In this document: positions 9,765 to 18,779 of the stretch, in pieces
Position numbering within the stretch: the first letter of the stretch is position 1
Layout of the letters: each line of letters starts with the position of its first letter
From: Pseudomonadota bacterium
Lineage (GTDB): Bacteria > Pseudomonadota > Alphaproteobacteria > Rhodospirillales > 2-02-FULL-58-16
Length of the DNA stretch: 32,888 nt
Direction: 5' to 3'
NCBI GenBank assembly: GCA_022572335.1
Contig: JACZWD010000003.1
Coordinates: 1 to 32,888, forward strand
Made by a program: the position numbers and the translations under genes
The notes under the pieces: model-generated
Database searches by the model: none
What the model saw: only the letters and a program-made list of their open reading frames with translations
Told to the model about the DNA's origin: nothing

Positions 9765-10556
9765 TTACCAGCTATTCCTCAGTTCCCGCAGCTTCAGGAA
9801 CACGGTTTCCGGGTCCGGTTTGTCCGGCAGGTCGGGAAAGGCCTGGCGCAGGGTTTTGATCACCGTCGGGCTGTGCAGCCTGAAGAACGTGTTGATCTCC
9901 TTCTCCAGGCCGAGCGTCGAGACCAGGGCGTGGTTGGGATCCTGGTCGGCGATGTCTTCGAGCAGCGCCGCCGCGCGCCCGTTGTCGGGCTCGCGGTCGA
10001 GGGTGAAGCGCAGGTTGTTGGCGATGTAGTCGTGACCCGGGTAAATGAGCGTGTCGTCCGCGAGCCCGGCAAGCTGGGTGGCAAAGGTGCCGTACAGCGC
10101 GCTCGGGTGGCCGCCGCCGTGGCAGTTGCCGGCCCCGGCGTTGAACAGGGTGTCGCCGCAGAACAGCGCCGGCTGGTCGGTATGGGATACCAGGCAGACG
10201 TGGCTCATGGTGTGCCCCGGCGTGTCCAGGACCTCCAGTTCCACCGTCTTGCCGACGGTGATCGTGTCGCCGGCGCTTAAGCCCCGGTCGATGCCGGGGA
10301 TTTTGTCTTTCGCGTTCTCGTGGGCCAGCAGCGTGGCGCCCGTGGCGGCGATCACCGCCCGGTTGCCGCCGATGTGGTCGCCGTGCTCGTGGGTGTTCAG
10401 CACCTGGGTGATGTCCCAGCCGCGCCCCTTGGCGGCGGCCAGGCATTTCCCGTGATCGAGGGGATCGATAGCCAGCGCCTCGCCGGTTTCCGGGCAGGCG
10501 ATCAGGTAGTTGAAGTTGCGGTAGGCGTTCCCGGTCCAGATCTGTTCGACGATCAC
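9765..10556 (-). CDS. gloB: Hydroxyacylglutathione hydrolase (glyoxalase II; metallo-beta-lactamase fold)
   Basis: THEHGDHIGG, TPGHT, LFCGDTLF, YPGHDY and LGLEKEINTFFR. Confidence 0.85.
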   Translation of the reverse strand: MIVEQIWTGNAYRNFNYLIACPETGEALAIDPLDHGKCLAAAKGRGWDITQVLNTHEHGDHIGGNRAVIAATGATLLAHENAKDKIPGIDRGLSAGDTITVGKTVELEVLDTPGHTMSHVCLVSHTDQPALFCGDTLFNAGAGNCHGGGHPSALYGTFATQLAGLADDTLIYPGHDYIANNLRFTLDREPDNGRAAALLEDIADQDPNHALVSTLGLEKEINTFFRLHSPTVIKTLRQAFPDLPDKPDPETVFLKLRELRNSW

Positions 10557-10670
10557 GGCTTTCTCCCTTGCCCCTGGTCCAGGCGCGCACTCTATCAGGC
10601 CGTCAGAGGACTGTCATATGCCGCGATGGGGGCGTGAGCGGGCCATGGGCCGGGCTCGGCTTAGGGCCGT

Positions 10671-11174
10671 TCACTCGGCGGCGGATCGGCGGTGGCGCAG
10701 CGCCCAGACCGGCGTGCGGCTGTCGGCGGCGGGCTGGTAGACGACGCTGATCTCCGACACCGCCTCGCGCCACTGGCCGGCGGCGTTTTCGTCCCTCACC
10801 TCGAAGGCGTCGAACCCGCAGCGGAGCATGAACAGGAACTGATCGCGGAGCACTTCGCCGACGGCGCGCACCTCGCCCCGATACCCGTACCGCTCCCTGA
10901 GCAGCCGCGCGTACGAGTAGGCCCGCCCGTCCCTGAACACCGGGAACTCCAGCGCGACCACGGCGAAGCGGTCCAGGTCGTCGGCGATGAGGGCCGGCGA
11001 CTGGTCGCTTTTCAGCCGGATGCCGAGCGGCGCGTTGCGCCCGAGAAGCTCGTCCCGGTGCGCCTGCCAGCGCTCCAGGCTGACCATGGCCGGGCCGTCC
11101 ATGGGCAACTGGGTCCCGTCGTCGACGGTCACCCACGGGTCGTCCACCAGCACGCCGTCCTTAAGCAGCGGCAT
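10671..11174 (-). CDS. DUF934 family protein (sulfite reductase-associated)
   Basis: FPVFRDGRAYSYARLLRERYGYRGEVRAVGEVLRDQ...RCGFDAF; start overlaps the end of cysI. Confidence 0.9.
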   Translation of the reverse strand: MPLLKDGVLVDDPWVTVDDGTQLPMDGPAMVSLERWQAHRDELLGRNAPLGIRLKSDQSPALIADDLDRFAVVALEFPVFRDGRAYSYARLLRERYGYRGEVRAVGEVLRDQFLFMLRCGFDAFEVRDENAAGQWREAVSEISVVYQPAADSRTPVWALRHRRSAAE

Positions 11175-12816
11175 AGAGCCTCTCCTTGAACGGTTCCTTG
11201 CCGACGCGGCGGTAGGTGTCGATGAAGCGCTCGCCGTTTTGGCGCAGCTCCACATAGGTGTTCACCACCGTCTCCACCGCGTCGACCACGTCCTCGCTGG
11301 AAAACGCCGGCCCGATAATCTTGCCGATGGCGGCGTCCTGGTCGGCGCTGCCGCCAAGGGTGATCTGATAGTACTCCTCGCCCTTGCGTTCGAGGCCGAG
11401 GATGCCGATGTGGCCCACGTGGTGGTGCCCGCAGGCGTTGATGCAGCCCGAGATCTTGATCTTCAGTTCGCCGATGTCGTGCTGGCGCTTGAGGTCGGCG
11501 AACCGGTTGCCGATGCGCTGGGCGACCGGGATCGAACGGGCATTGGCGAGGCCGCAGTAATCCAGCCCCGGACAGGCGATGATGTCGGAAACCAGCCCCA
11601 GGTTGGGCGTCGCCAGCCCGATGTCCCGCAGCTTGCGCCACAGGACATGGAGGTCGGTCCGCCTGACGTCGGCGAGCACCAGGTTCTGCTCGTGGGTGAC
11701 GCGGATTTCACCGAAGCTGTAGTGCTCGGCCAGGTCGGCGACGGCGTCCATCTGGTCGGCCGTGGCGTCGCCCGGGATGCCGCCCACGGGCTTCAGGGAC
11801 AGGTTGACGATGGCATAGCCCGGCACCTTGTGAGCGGCGAGGTTGGTGTCCGCCCAGGTGGCGAACGCCCCGTCGGCGCGCTTCTTCTCCTCGAACGCGG
11901 GCTGGGCCGCGGCCAGGGTTTCGTAGGGCGGCGGCGCGAAGTGGGCGCGGATGCGTTCGACCTCTTCGGCGGGCAGGTCGAGCGCGCCGTCCTTGATGTG
12001 CCGCCACTCCTCCTCGACCATTTCGGTGACCTTCTCGGCGCCCGCCTCGTGCACCAGGATCTTGATGCGCGCCTTGAACAGGTTGTCCCGCCGCCCGAGC
12101 TGGTTATAGACGCGCATGATCGCTTCCAGATAGGACAGCAGGTGTTTCTTGGGCAGGAACTCGCGGATCGTCGGGCCGACGAACGGGGTGCGCCCCTGGC
12201 CGCCGCCGACGATGACCTCGAAACCGGTCTCGCCGGCGTCCCCGCGGCGCATGATGAGGCCGATGTCGTGCAGGCGCACCGCCGCGCGGTCGTTGGGCGC
12301 GCCGGTGACCGCGATCTTGAACTTGCGCGGCAGGAACGAGAATTCGGGGTGCAGGGTCGACCACTGGCGGATGATCTCGCAGTAGACGCGCGGGTCCTCG
12401 ATCTCGTCGGCGGCGACGCCGGCGTATTGGTCGGTGGTGGTGTTGCGGAAGCTGTTGCCGCTGGTCTGGATGGCGTGCATCTCGACGCTCGCCAGCTCGG
12501 CCAGGATGTCGGGCGTGTCCTCCAGCTTGGGCCAGTTGTACTGGATGTTCTGGCGCGTGGTGAAATGGCCGTAGCCCCTGTCGTAGCGCCGGGCAATATG
12601 GGCGAGCCTGCGCATCTGCGCCGCGGACAGCAGGCCGTAGGGGATCGCCACCCGCAGCATGTAGGCATGGAGCTGCAGATAGAGCCCGTTCATCAGACGG
12701 AGCGGCTTGAACTCGTCCTCCGTCAACTCCCCGGCAAGCCGGCGCGCGACCTGGCCGCGGAACTGCCGGACCCGTTCGTCGACCAGGGTTTGGTCGTATT
12801 CGTCGTAGCGGTACAT
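11161..12816 (-). CDS. cysI: Sulfite reductase hemoprotein (nitrite/sulfite reductase family)
   Basis: MYRYDEYD start, RLMNGLYLQLHAYMLR, FLPRKFKIA, and siroheme/4Fe-4S ligands ACPGLDYC and SGCINACGHHH. Confidence 0.95.
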   Translation of the reverse strand: MYRYDEYDQTLVDERVRQFRGQVARRLAGELTEDEFKPLRLMNGLYLQLHAYMLRVAIPYGLLSAAQMRRLAHIARRYDRGYGHFTTRQNIQYNWPKLEDTPDILAELASVEMHAIQTSGNSFRNTTTDQYAGVAADEIEDPRVYCEIIRQWSTLHPEFSFLPRKFKIAVTGAPNDRAAVRLHDIGLIMRRGDAGETGFEVIVGGGQGRTPFVGPTIREFLPKKHLLSYLEAIMRVYNQLGRRDNLFKARIKILVHEAGAEKVTEMVEEEWRHIKDGALDLPAEEVERIRAHFAPPPYETLAAAQPAFEEKKRADGAFATWADTNLAAHKVPGYAIVNLSLKPVGGIPGDATADQMDAVADLAEHYSFGEIRVTHEQNLVLADVRRTDLHVLWRKLRDIGLATPNLGLVSDIIACPGLDYCGLANARSIPVAQRIGNRFADLKRQHDIGELKIKISGCINACGHHHVGHIGILGLERKGEEYYQITLGGSADQDAAIGKIIGPAFSSEDVVDAVETVVNTYVELRQNGERFIDTYRRVGKEPFKERLYAAA

Positions 12817-12824
12817 GGCCCGGG

Positions 12825-13136
12825 CTATCCCCCTGCCGCCTGTTGGCCGAACGCGGGATGGACCGGCGGCCCCTGGGCCCGGATCTCCTCGCGGTAGCGC
12901 ACCGGCCGGACGACCCCGGCCTCCTCGACGACGTCGATGAGGTATGGCTCGACCACCTCCGGTATTTCCGCCTTCGCCCGGGCGACGGCCATGAGGGCGT
13001 CTCTTTCCTCGTCGCTGCGGCTCACCTGGCCGTCGGCGATCCGCTCGGACCAGCCGCCGCCCCTGGTCAGGTAAACGACCGTACCGTCGCCGATCCTGTT
13101 CGCGGTCACCACTTGCAGCGCCACCGTCTTCTCCAT
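12825..13136 (-). CDS. DUF2849 family protein
   Basis: VVTANRIGDGTVVYL...VVEPYLIDV...REEIRAQGP; usual position between cysG and cysI. The start may be the GTG at 13124. Confidence 0.85.
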   Translation of the reverse strand: MEKTVALQVVTANRIGDGTVVYLTRGGGWSERIADGQVSRSDEERDALMAVARAKAEIPEVVEPYLIDVVEEAGVVRPVRYREEIRAQGPPVHPAFGQQAAGG

Positions 13137-13138
13137 CC

Positions 13139-14542
13139 TCAAACGGCGGCCGCGCGCGCCAGCGCCGGCAGCGCCTCTTCGCCCGCCAGGCGCACCACGT
13201 CGCCGACGATGATCACGGCGGGGCCGACGATCCGGTTGGCGGCCACCATGCGCTCCAGGTCCGCCACCGAGCCGACGACCACGACTTCGTCCGCCCGCGT
13301 GCCGTTCTCGACGATGGCGGCGGGCGTGGCCGGGTCCATGCCGTGTTCGATCAGGCGGCGCGCCACCGTGCCGGCGGTGGACACGCCCATGTACACGACC
13401 AGGGTGTGCCGGCCGGTGGCCAGCGCCGCCCAGTCGAGATCGGGTTCGCCCGACGTGGCGTGCCCGGTGACGAAGGTGACGGCGGAAACATAATCGCGGT
13501 GGGTCAGGGGAATGCCGGCGGAGGCGCCGCAACCGGCGGCCGCGGTGATGCCGGGCACGACCTCCACGGCAACGCCGGCACGGCGCAGGTGGACCATCTC
13601 CTCGCCGCCGCGGCCGAAGATGTACGGATCGCCGCCCTTCAGCCGGACCACCCGCTGGCCGGCCTTCGCCCGCGCCGTCATCAGGGCGTTGATCTCGGCC
13701 TGGGACCGGGTGTGGCGGCCCTTGCCCTTGCCCACGTAGATGCGCTCCGCGTCGCGCCGCGCGTAGTCCAGGATGTCCGGCCCGACGAGGCGGTCGTAGA
13801 CGACCACGTCCGCCTCCTGCAACAGGCGCAGCGCGCGCAGGGTGAGCAGGTCCGGATCTCCAGGACCGGCGCCGACGATGGAGACGGCGCCCTCGGGCCG
13901 GCGGGCCGCCTCGGGGCCGTTGATCAGCGCCACCATCCGCTCGCGCGCCTTGTGCACGTCGCCGCGCAGCACCGCCCGCGCCACGGGCCCGTCGAAGAAG
14001 CGCTCCCAAAAGCGGCGCCGCGCCCGGGCGTCCCCGATGGTGGCCTTGACCGCGCTGCGGAAGCTGTCGGCGAAACCGGCGAGCCGCCCCAGGCCGTCCG
14101 GCAAAAGGCTCTCGATCCGCGCCCGCACCTGGCGCGCCAGGACCGGCGCCGTGCCGGCGCTGGAGATGCCGATGACCACCGGGCCGCGGTCGACGATGGC
14201 CGGCATGATGAAGCTCGACAGGTCGGGCCGGTCGACCACGTTGACCGGCACGCCGGCGGCGCGGGCCGCCGCCGAGACACGCCGGTCGACGGCGTCAACG
14301 CCGGTGGCGCTGTAGACCACGGCCCGGCCCTTCACGTCGCCGGGCAAAAAGTCCCGCCGGATGAGGGTGATCTCGCCGCGGCCGGCGAACGCGGCAATTT
14401 CCCCGTCCGCCCGGGGCGCAACGACGGTGACGTCGGCCTCGGCCTTGCGCACCAGGCGCACCTTGCGCGCGGCCGGCGACGTTCCGCCGACCACAAGCAC
14501 GCTCCGCGACTTCACCGTCAGCCAGATGGGCAGGTGGTGCAT
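13139..14542 (-). CDS. cysG: Siroheme synthase CysG
   Basis: N-terminal dehydrogenase/chelatase part (NVVDRPDLSSFIMPAIVDR, APVLAR) plus SUMT domain (VGAGPGDPDLLT, RLKGGDPYIFGRGGEE). Confidence 0.95.
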   Translation of the reverse strand: MHHLPIWLTVKSRSVLVVGGTSPAARKVRLVRKAEADVTVVAPRADGEIAAFAGRGEITLIRRDFLPGDVKGRAVVYSATGVDAVDRRVSAAARAAGVPVNVVDRPDLSSFIMPAIVDRGPVVIGISSAGTAPVLARQVRARIESLLPDGLGRLAGFADSFRSAVKATIGDARARRRFWERFFDGPVARAVLRGDVHKARERMVALINGPEAARRPEGAVSIVGAGPGDPDLLTLRALRLLQEADVVVYDRLVGPDILDYARRDAERIYVGKGKGRHTRSQAEINALMTARAKAGQRVVRLKGGDPYIFGRGGEEMVHLRRAGVAVEVVPGITAAAGCGASAGIPLTHRDYVSAVTFVTGHATSGEPDLDWAALATGRHTLVVYMGVSTAGTVARRLIEHGMDPATPAAIVENGTRADEVVVVGSVADLERMVAANRIVGPAVIIVGDVVRLAGEEALPALARAAAV

Positions 14543-14626
14543 ACCCGATACCCTTCCCCAGGGCGGCGCCCGTGCCGCCCGAATTCAGGCCGCTTGCGGC
14601 CAATCGGCATCACGGGATCGGACCCT

Positions 14627-14712
14627 ATTTCCAGTGACAAATATGTAGTAGATATAAAATATGTCAATCTTAAATGTATATTTTTCTTTTTTACAAAATA
14701 AATATGTATTTT
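14627..14712. promoter_or_regulatory. Strongly AT-rich divergent promoter region between cysG and the ureohydrolase gene
   Basis: Sharp AT island in GC-rich DNA; minus-strand TTGACA at 14667-14662; AAATATGT occurs at 14639, 14657 and 14700. Confidence 0.65.
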
Positions 14713-14814
14713 CGTCCGGCGGCGGCGCCGCGGGACCGGTCTTCCGGGGGCGCCGAAAAGATGCGTATACTTCCGTCCCGGTCCCGACCGCCGGCGCCGG
14801 CAGGAGGACAACGG

Positions 14815-15774
14815 ATGGCGGACGACCCGGAATTCACCGATCCCATGGAGCGGCCGCGCTATACGGGCATATCCACGTTCATGCGCACGCCCTACACCGA
14901 GGACCTTTCCGGCCTCGACATCGGCCTGATCGGCGTTCCCTTCGATGCCGGTACGACGAACCGGCCCGGAGCCCGCCACGGCCCGCGCGAGATGCGCAAC
15001 CAGTCGACCCTGTTGCGCAAGGTCCACCAGGGGACCGGAATCGCGCCGTTCGATATCTGCCGCGTCGCCGACATCGGCGATGCCTGGGTGCAGCGGCCGT
15101 TTGATCTGGAGGGCGGGCTGGAGGAGATCGCGGTCTTCTTCAAGCGGGTTCACGACGCCGGCGTGGTGCCGGTTTCGGCGGGTGGCGACCATTCCATCAC
15201 CCTGCCCGTTTTCCGCGGCATCGCGCGGGACCGCCCGGTGGGGATGGTCCACTTCGACGCCCACTGCGACACCGGCGACGATTACCTGGGGTCCAGGTTC
15301 CACCACGGGGCCCCCTTCCGCCGCGCCGTCGAGGAGGGCCTGCTCGACCCCAGGCGCACCATCCAGATCGGCATCCGCGGCACGGTCAACGACCCGGACG
15401 TGTGGAAGTTCAGCCACGATTCGGGCATGCGGGTGGTCACCATGGAGGAATTCCACGAGATGGGGATCAAGGGGGTGATCGAGGAGGCCCGCCGCGTCGC
15501 CGGAGACGGCCCCACCTACATCAGCTTCGACGTCGACGGACTCGATCCCGCCTTCGCCCCGGGCACCGGCACGCCCGAGATCGGCGGCCTGACCACCTTC
15601 GAGGCGCAGATGATGATCCGCGGCCTCAGGGGACTGAACCTGGTCGGCGGCGACGTGGTCGAGGTATCGCCGCCCTTCGACCCCAGCGGCAATACCGCCC
15701 TGGTGGGGGCCAGCCTGATGTTCGAGATCCTGTGCATGGTCGCCGACGCGGTGGCGGCGCGCAAGGCGTCCTGA
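14815..15774 (+). CDS. Agmatinase-family ureohydrolase
   Basis: PRYTGISTFMR, RPGARHGP, GGDHSIT, HFDAHCD, SFDVDGLDP and DVVEVSPPFD; RBS AGGAGG. Confidence 0.92.
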   Translation: MADDPEFTDPMERPRYTGISTFMRTPYTEDLSGLDIGLIGVPFDAGTTNRPGARHGPREMRNQSTLLRKVHQGTGIAPFDICRVADIGDAWVQRPFDLEGGLEEIAVFFKRVHDAGVVPVSAGGDHSITLPVFRGIARDRPVGMVHFDAHCDTGDDYLGSRFHHGAPFRRAVEEGLLDPRRTIQIGIRGTVNDPDVWKFSHDSGMRVVTMEEFHEMGIKGVIEEARRVAGDGPTYISFDVDGLDPAFAPGTGTPEIGGLTTFEAQMMIRGLRGLNLVGGDVVEVSPPFDPSGNTALVGASLMFEILCMVADAVAARKAS

Positions 15775-15821
15775 GGCGCCCGGCGCACGGGGCCGGCGCA
15801 TTGGCCGGGGAGGGACGGAAC

Positions 15822-16589
15822 ATGGAAGCGGACGGTCAGGGTGCCCTCTCGGTCGTACACACCCATCTGCTGACCCCGGACAGCGGCTGGAGCATCGGCA
15901 CCTTCGGCGCCCTGGCCGAATTCTCCCGCGATGCCGACGAGCCCGCCGAGATTGCCCGGACGGACGCCGGCGGCCGGGTCGCAACCGCCCGCGGTGCCTT
16001 GCGCATCGGCCTGAAAAACGGCGTCCGGGTCGTCGCCTCCGAGTCCCCGGGCGGGCACGGCGACGGCCCGACCCGGAGCGTGGCTTTCTGCCTTGCCGAT
16101 GACCAGGGGTCGCAAAACAGGCGGGCCGTGCTCACCGAGATCGGCCCCGACAGGGACGCCATACGGCCGGAACACCGGGAATTCACCCTCTTCGACATCG
16201 GGCTCGGCGTGCCTTACGTGGACTTCTGCCTGCGCACCGACGACATGGCCCTGATCGCCGAGATCCGCCGGTCCGCGGGCCAGCGTATTCTCGAACCCGG
16301 AAACCGGGTCATGGAGGCGATCAAGGAGGCCAGCCCCCACCGGGTCTGTATCTCGGCCCTGGGGCGCATCGAGGTCTACCAGCACATCCCCCCGGCCGGG
16401 CGCCACGTGCGCACGCCCGAGGGCCCGCACACCCACCTCCTGCTCGGGCTGTTGAACGCCGGGCCCGGCGACGCCGCCGACACGGCCATCCCGCCCGGCT
16501 TCGTTCAGTGCCTGACCCTCTATCCGGCGCCCGGACTCGCGGCGCCGGAAACGGTGGCGCCCAACACGCGGGCGGCGAAGTCCGGGTAA
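15822..16589 (+). CDS. Conserved hypothetical protein (probably DUF6925-like)
   Basis: ATG after GGAGGG; motifs WSIGTFGALAEF, LFDIGLG, GRIEVYQ and PEGPHTHLL. The family name is from recall, not a search. Confidence 0.7.
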   Translation: MEADGQGALSVVHTHLLTPDSGWSIGTFGALAEFSRDADEPAEIARTDAGGRVATARGALRIGLKNGVRVVASESPGGHGDGPTRSVAFCLADDQGSQNRRAVLTEIGPDRDAIRPEHREFTLFDIGLGVPYVDFCLRTDDMALIAEIRRSAGQRILEPGNRVMEAIKEASPHRVCISALGRIEVYQHIPPAGRHVRTPEGPHTHLLLGLLNAGPGDAADTAIPPGFVQCLTLYPAPGLAAPETVAPNTRAAKSG

Positions 16590-17278
16590 ACGTCGGCGAC
16601 CTCGGCCCCGATGGTGGATCTGAGCAGGGCGAGCCGGTCCGGCTCCGGCTCCGGCGTCGTCGGCACGTCTTCGGGGACGTCGACGTCGAACCCGGTGTTG
16701 TCCAGCACCTCTTCCGGCGTATGCCCGGGGTGCACGGATTCCAGGCGGAACCGCGCGCGGCCCTCATCAAAGGAAAACACGGCAAGCCCGGTGACCAGGG
16801 CCTTCGGCCCGCCGGGCCGATAGACGCCGGGGGGGCTAATCCCCGGCGCGCTGATGAAATCCACCTTGGGCACGAACACCCGCCGGGTGTGCTCCCGGCG
16901 GAACAGGATCACTTTGGGCACGACGAAATACATGTAGGCGGAGCCGAAGGACCCGGGGAAACGGGTGTCCACCGCCGGGTAGTCGCCGATGCCGACAAGG
17001 TTGATGTTGGCCTCGCCGTCGATCTGCGCGCCGCCCAGGAAGAACACGTCGATGCGGCCCTGGCCGGCGCAGTCGAACACTTCGCGCCCGCCGTCGGTGA
17101 ACGGGTTGTTGGCGCGGCCGTGGATCATGGAGACCAGCAACCGGCCATGGGTGAGTTCACGCATCAGCAGGGCGGCGGCGCCCGGAATTGGCGACGCGGC
17201 GCCCACCGCCACGTGCCCGGCGCCGTCCAGCATGCGGGCGATGACGCAGATCAGGAACTCGTCCGCCGATCGGGTCAT
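16520..17278 (-). CDS. Family I CoA-transferase-fold beta subunit (GctB/CatJ-like)
   Basis: DVFFLGGAQIDGEANIN, FPGSFGSA, RVFVPKVDFISAPG, LESVHPG and NTGF; coupled to the alpha subunit. Confidence 0.85.
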   Translation of the reverse strand: MTRSADEFLICVIARMLDGAGHVAVGAASPIPGAAALLMRELTHGRLLVSMIHGRANNPFTDGGREVFDCAGQGRIDVFFLGGAQIDGEANINLVGIGDYPAVDTRFPGSFGSAYMYFVVPKVILFRREHTRRVFVPKVDFISAPGISPPGVYRPGGPKALVTGLAVFSFDEGRARFRLESVHPGHTPEEVLDNTGFDVDVPEDVPTTPEPEPDRLALLRSTIGAEVADVYPDFAARVLGATVSGAASPGAG

Positions 17279-18102
17279 GACGCGGCGCGGACGGCGGGGG
17301 CGAACACGTGCCGGTCCAGGTAGCCGCGAAAGCCTTCGGTCGTCTTCGCCTGGCGCGCATAGGCGCGGATGTGTTCGGCGTCGGCGTCGTAATGGCCGGC
17401 CAGGGCGAGCGGCCAGGCGCCTTCCCGCGCCTCGGCGATGGCCGTCACGTAGAGCGCCGGCAGGGTCCCCGCCGCCGTCGCCTCGTCGGCCAGCAGGTCC
17501 GTCTCCTGCACCGTCTCCACGGTGACCAGGGCCGTCTTCGCGGCGTGCACCATGGTCACCAGCTCGCGGCGCCGGCCGACCCAGACGTTGCCCCTGGTAT
17601 CGGCGCGGGGGCTGTGAAACACCGCCACGTCGGGGCGAATCGCCGGCAGCAGCACGATCGGTCCGCCGTCCCCGCCCAGGGGGTCGTCCACCACCGTCCA
17701 GTCGTCCCGGTGCTTGAGCACGTCCGAGCCGATGAGACCGCGCAAGGGCATGAACGGCACGCCTTTCTCCGCCGCCTGCAGGGCCGAGTGCACGGCCGGA
17801 CAGGTGGAGTCCCGCATGACCACGGCGCCGCTGGTCACGGCTTCCGTGAAACGCGGCGCCGGGCCGGCTTCGCCGAGGCTGACGGCGGCGGCCTCCATGG
17901 TCTTCACGCACCCGGCGCCGATCAAAATGTCCGCCGCCAGGCCGCCGGTGGGAACGGCCAGCAGGTGCAGGTCCCGCACCCCGTGCCGGATGAGCGCCCG
18001 GACCAAGGCCATGGGAACGAAGCTGTATTCCGGCGGGATGGCGAGCAGGGCGCCGTCGGGCACTCGCTCGGCCAGCCCTTGCAGGGTCTCGTGGCTGGTC
18101 AT
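17275..18102 (-). CDS. Family I CoA-transferase-fold alpha subunit (GctA/CatI-like)
   Basis: PMALVRALIRHGVRDL, ADILIGAGCV, GVPFMPLRGLIGSD and LLPAIRPDVAVFH. Confidence 0.88.
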   Translation of the reverse strand: MTSHETLQGLAERVPDGALLAIPPEYSFVPMALVRALIRHGVRDLHLLAVPTGGLAADILIGAGCVKTMEAAAVSLGEAGPAPRFTEAVTSGAVVMRDSTCPAVHSALQAAEKGVPFMPLRGLIGSDVLKHRDDWTVVDDPLGGDGGPIVLLPAIRPDVAVFHSPRADTRGNVWVGRRRELVTMVHAAKTALVTVETVQETDLLADEATAAGTLPALYVTAIAEAREGAWPLALAGHYDADAEHIRAYARQAKTTEGFRGYLDRHVFAPAVRAAS

Positions 18103-18264
18103 CGTCCCTAATCCCGTTGCGCGGCCTACCCCAGCATAGGCCGGCTGGCGGCCGTTGCCTACACGGGAAAGACCGCCGCCGGGCCCGCCGGGAATAGGGA
18201 TATGACAGGGCGCCGTTTCATGGTATTGACGGGTCCTCGGGGTTTCACATTGCGAGAATACGTC

Positions 18265-18474
18265 ATGCCGGTTGGTACGGTTAAATGGTTCAATCCCGCC
18301 AAGGGGTACGGTTTCATAGAGCCCGAAGACGGATCCAAGGATGCGTTCGTCCATATCTCGGCCGTTGAACGGGCGGGACTGACGACCCTGCGCGAGGGTC
18401 AAAAAGTCGAATACGAGCTTGTCCCGGGCGACAAGGGCAGGAGCGCCGCGGACAACCTCGTTGCCCTAGACTGA
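18265..18474 (+). CDS. Cold-shock protein (CspA family)
   Basis: [15 protein letters not shown] (RNP1) and AFVHISAV (RNP2). Confidence 0.96.
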   Translation: MPVGTVKWFNPAKGYGFIEPEDGSKDAFVHISAVERAGLTTLREGQKVEYELVPGDKGRSAADNLVALD

Positions 18475-18779
18475 CGCAGCGACAATCGGTGCGCGACGTC
18501 GCCGGCGGCGCGGCCGCGGGCGGTGTGGTGCGTCCGTGGGGGGGGGGAAGGTCGCGGCGAAACGGCGCCAAGACAGCCACGCCGCGGCCCGGCGCGTCGG
18601 CCGCGCCGGAAAGTCCGCCCGTCATCCTTGAAACCGCCTGTCCGTCGACCCCGGTGCGCGGGCATTGAGGCACGCCGCCGCGGTTTGCGCGGCCGCCCGC
18701 CCTGGCAATTCGGGACCGGATGCCGTACCCTCGGCCGATCACCCTGAACACCGACCGCAGCGCCGCACAGGCCCGAGGG

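Noticed and set aside
9765-10556. gloB as a persulfide dioxygenase, given the sulfur-gene context
   Set aside because: The full HxHxDH set and the glyoxalase II C-terminal motifs fit GloB better, and there is no adjacent rhodanese or sqr gene.
14715-14800. Possible guanidine riboswitch upstream of the ureohydrolase
   Set aside because: A stem exists (CGGGACCGG 14731-14739 with CCGGTCCCG 14778-14786), but there are no paired ACGR-loop hairpins or ykkC consensus. A candidate -10 (TATACT, 14766-14771) lies inside the loop.
18538-18547. G10 homopolymer between the csp and JmjC genes as a phase-variation tract
   Set aside because: It is intergenic, over 200 bp from the next start, and has no recognisable promoter elements around it. 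Read-level data would be needed.
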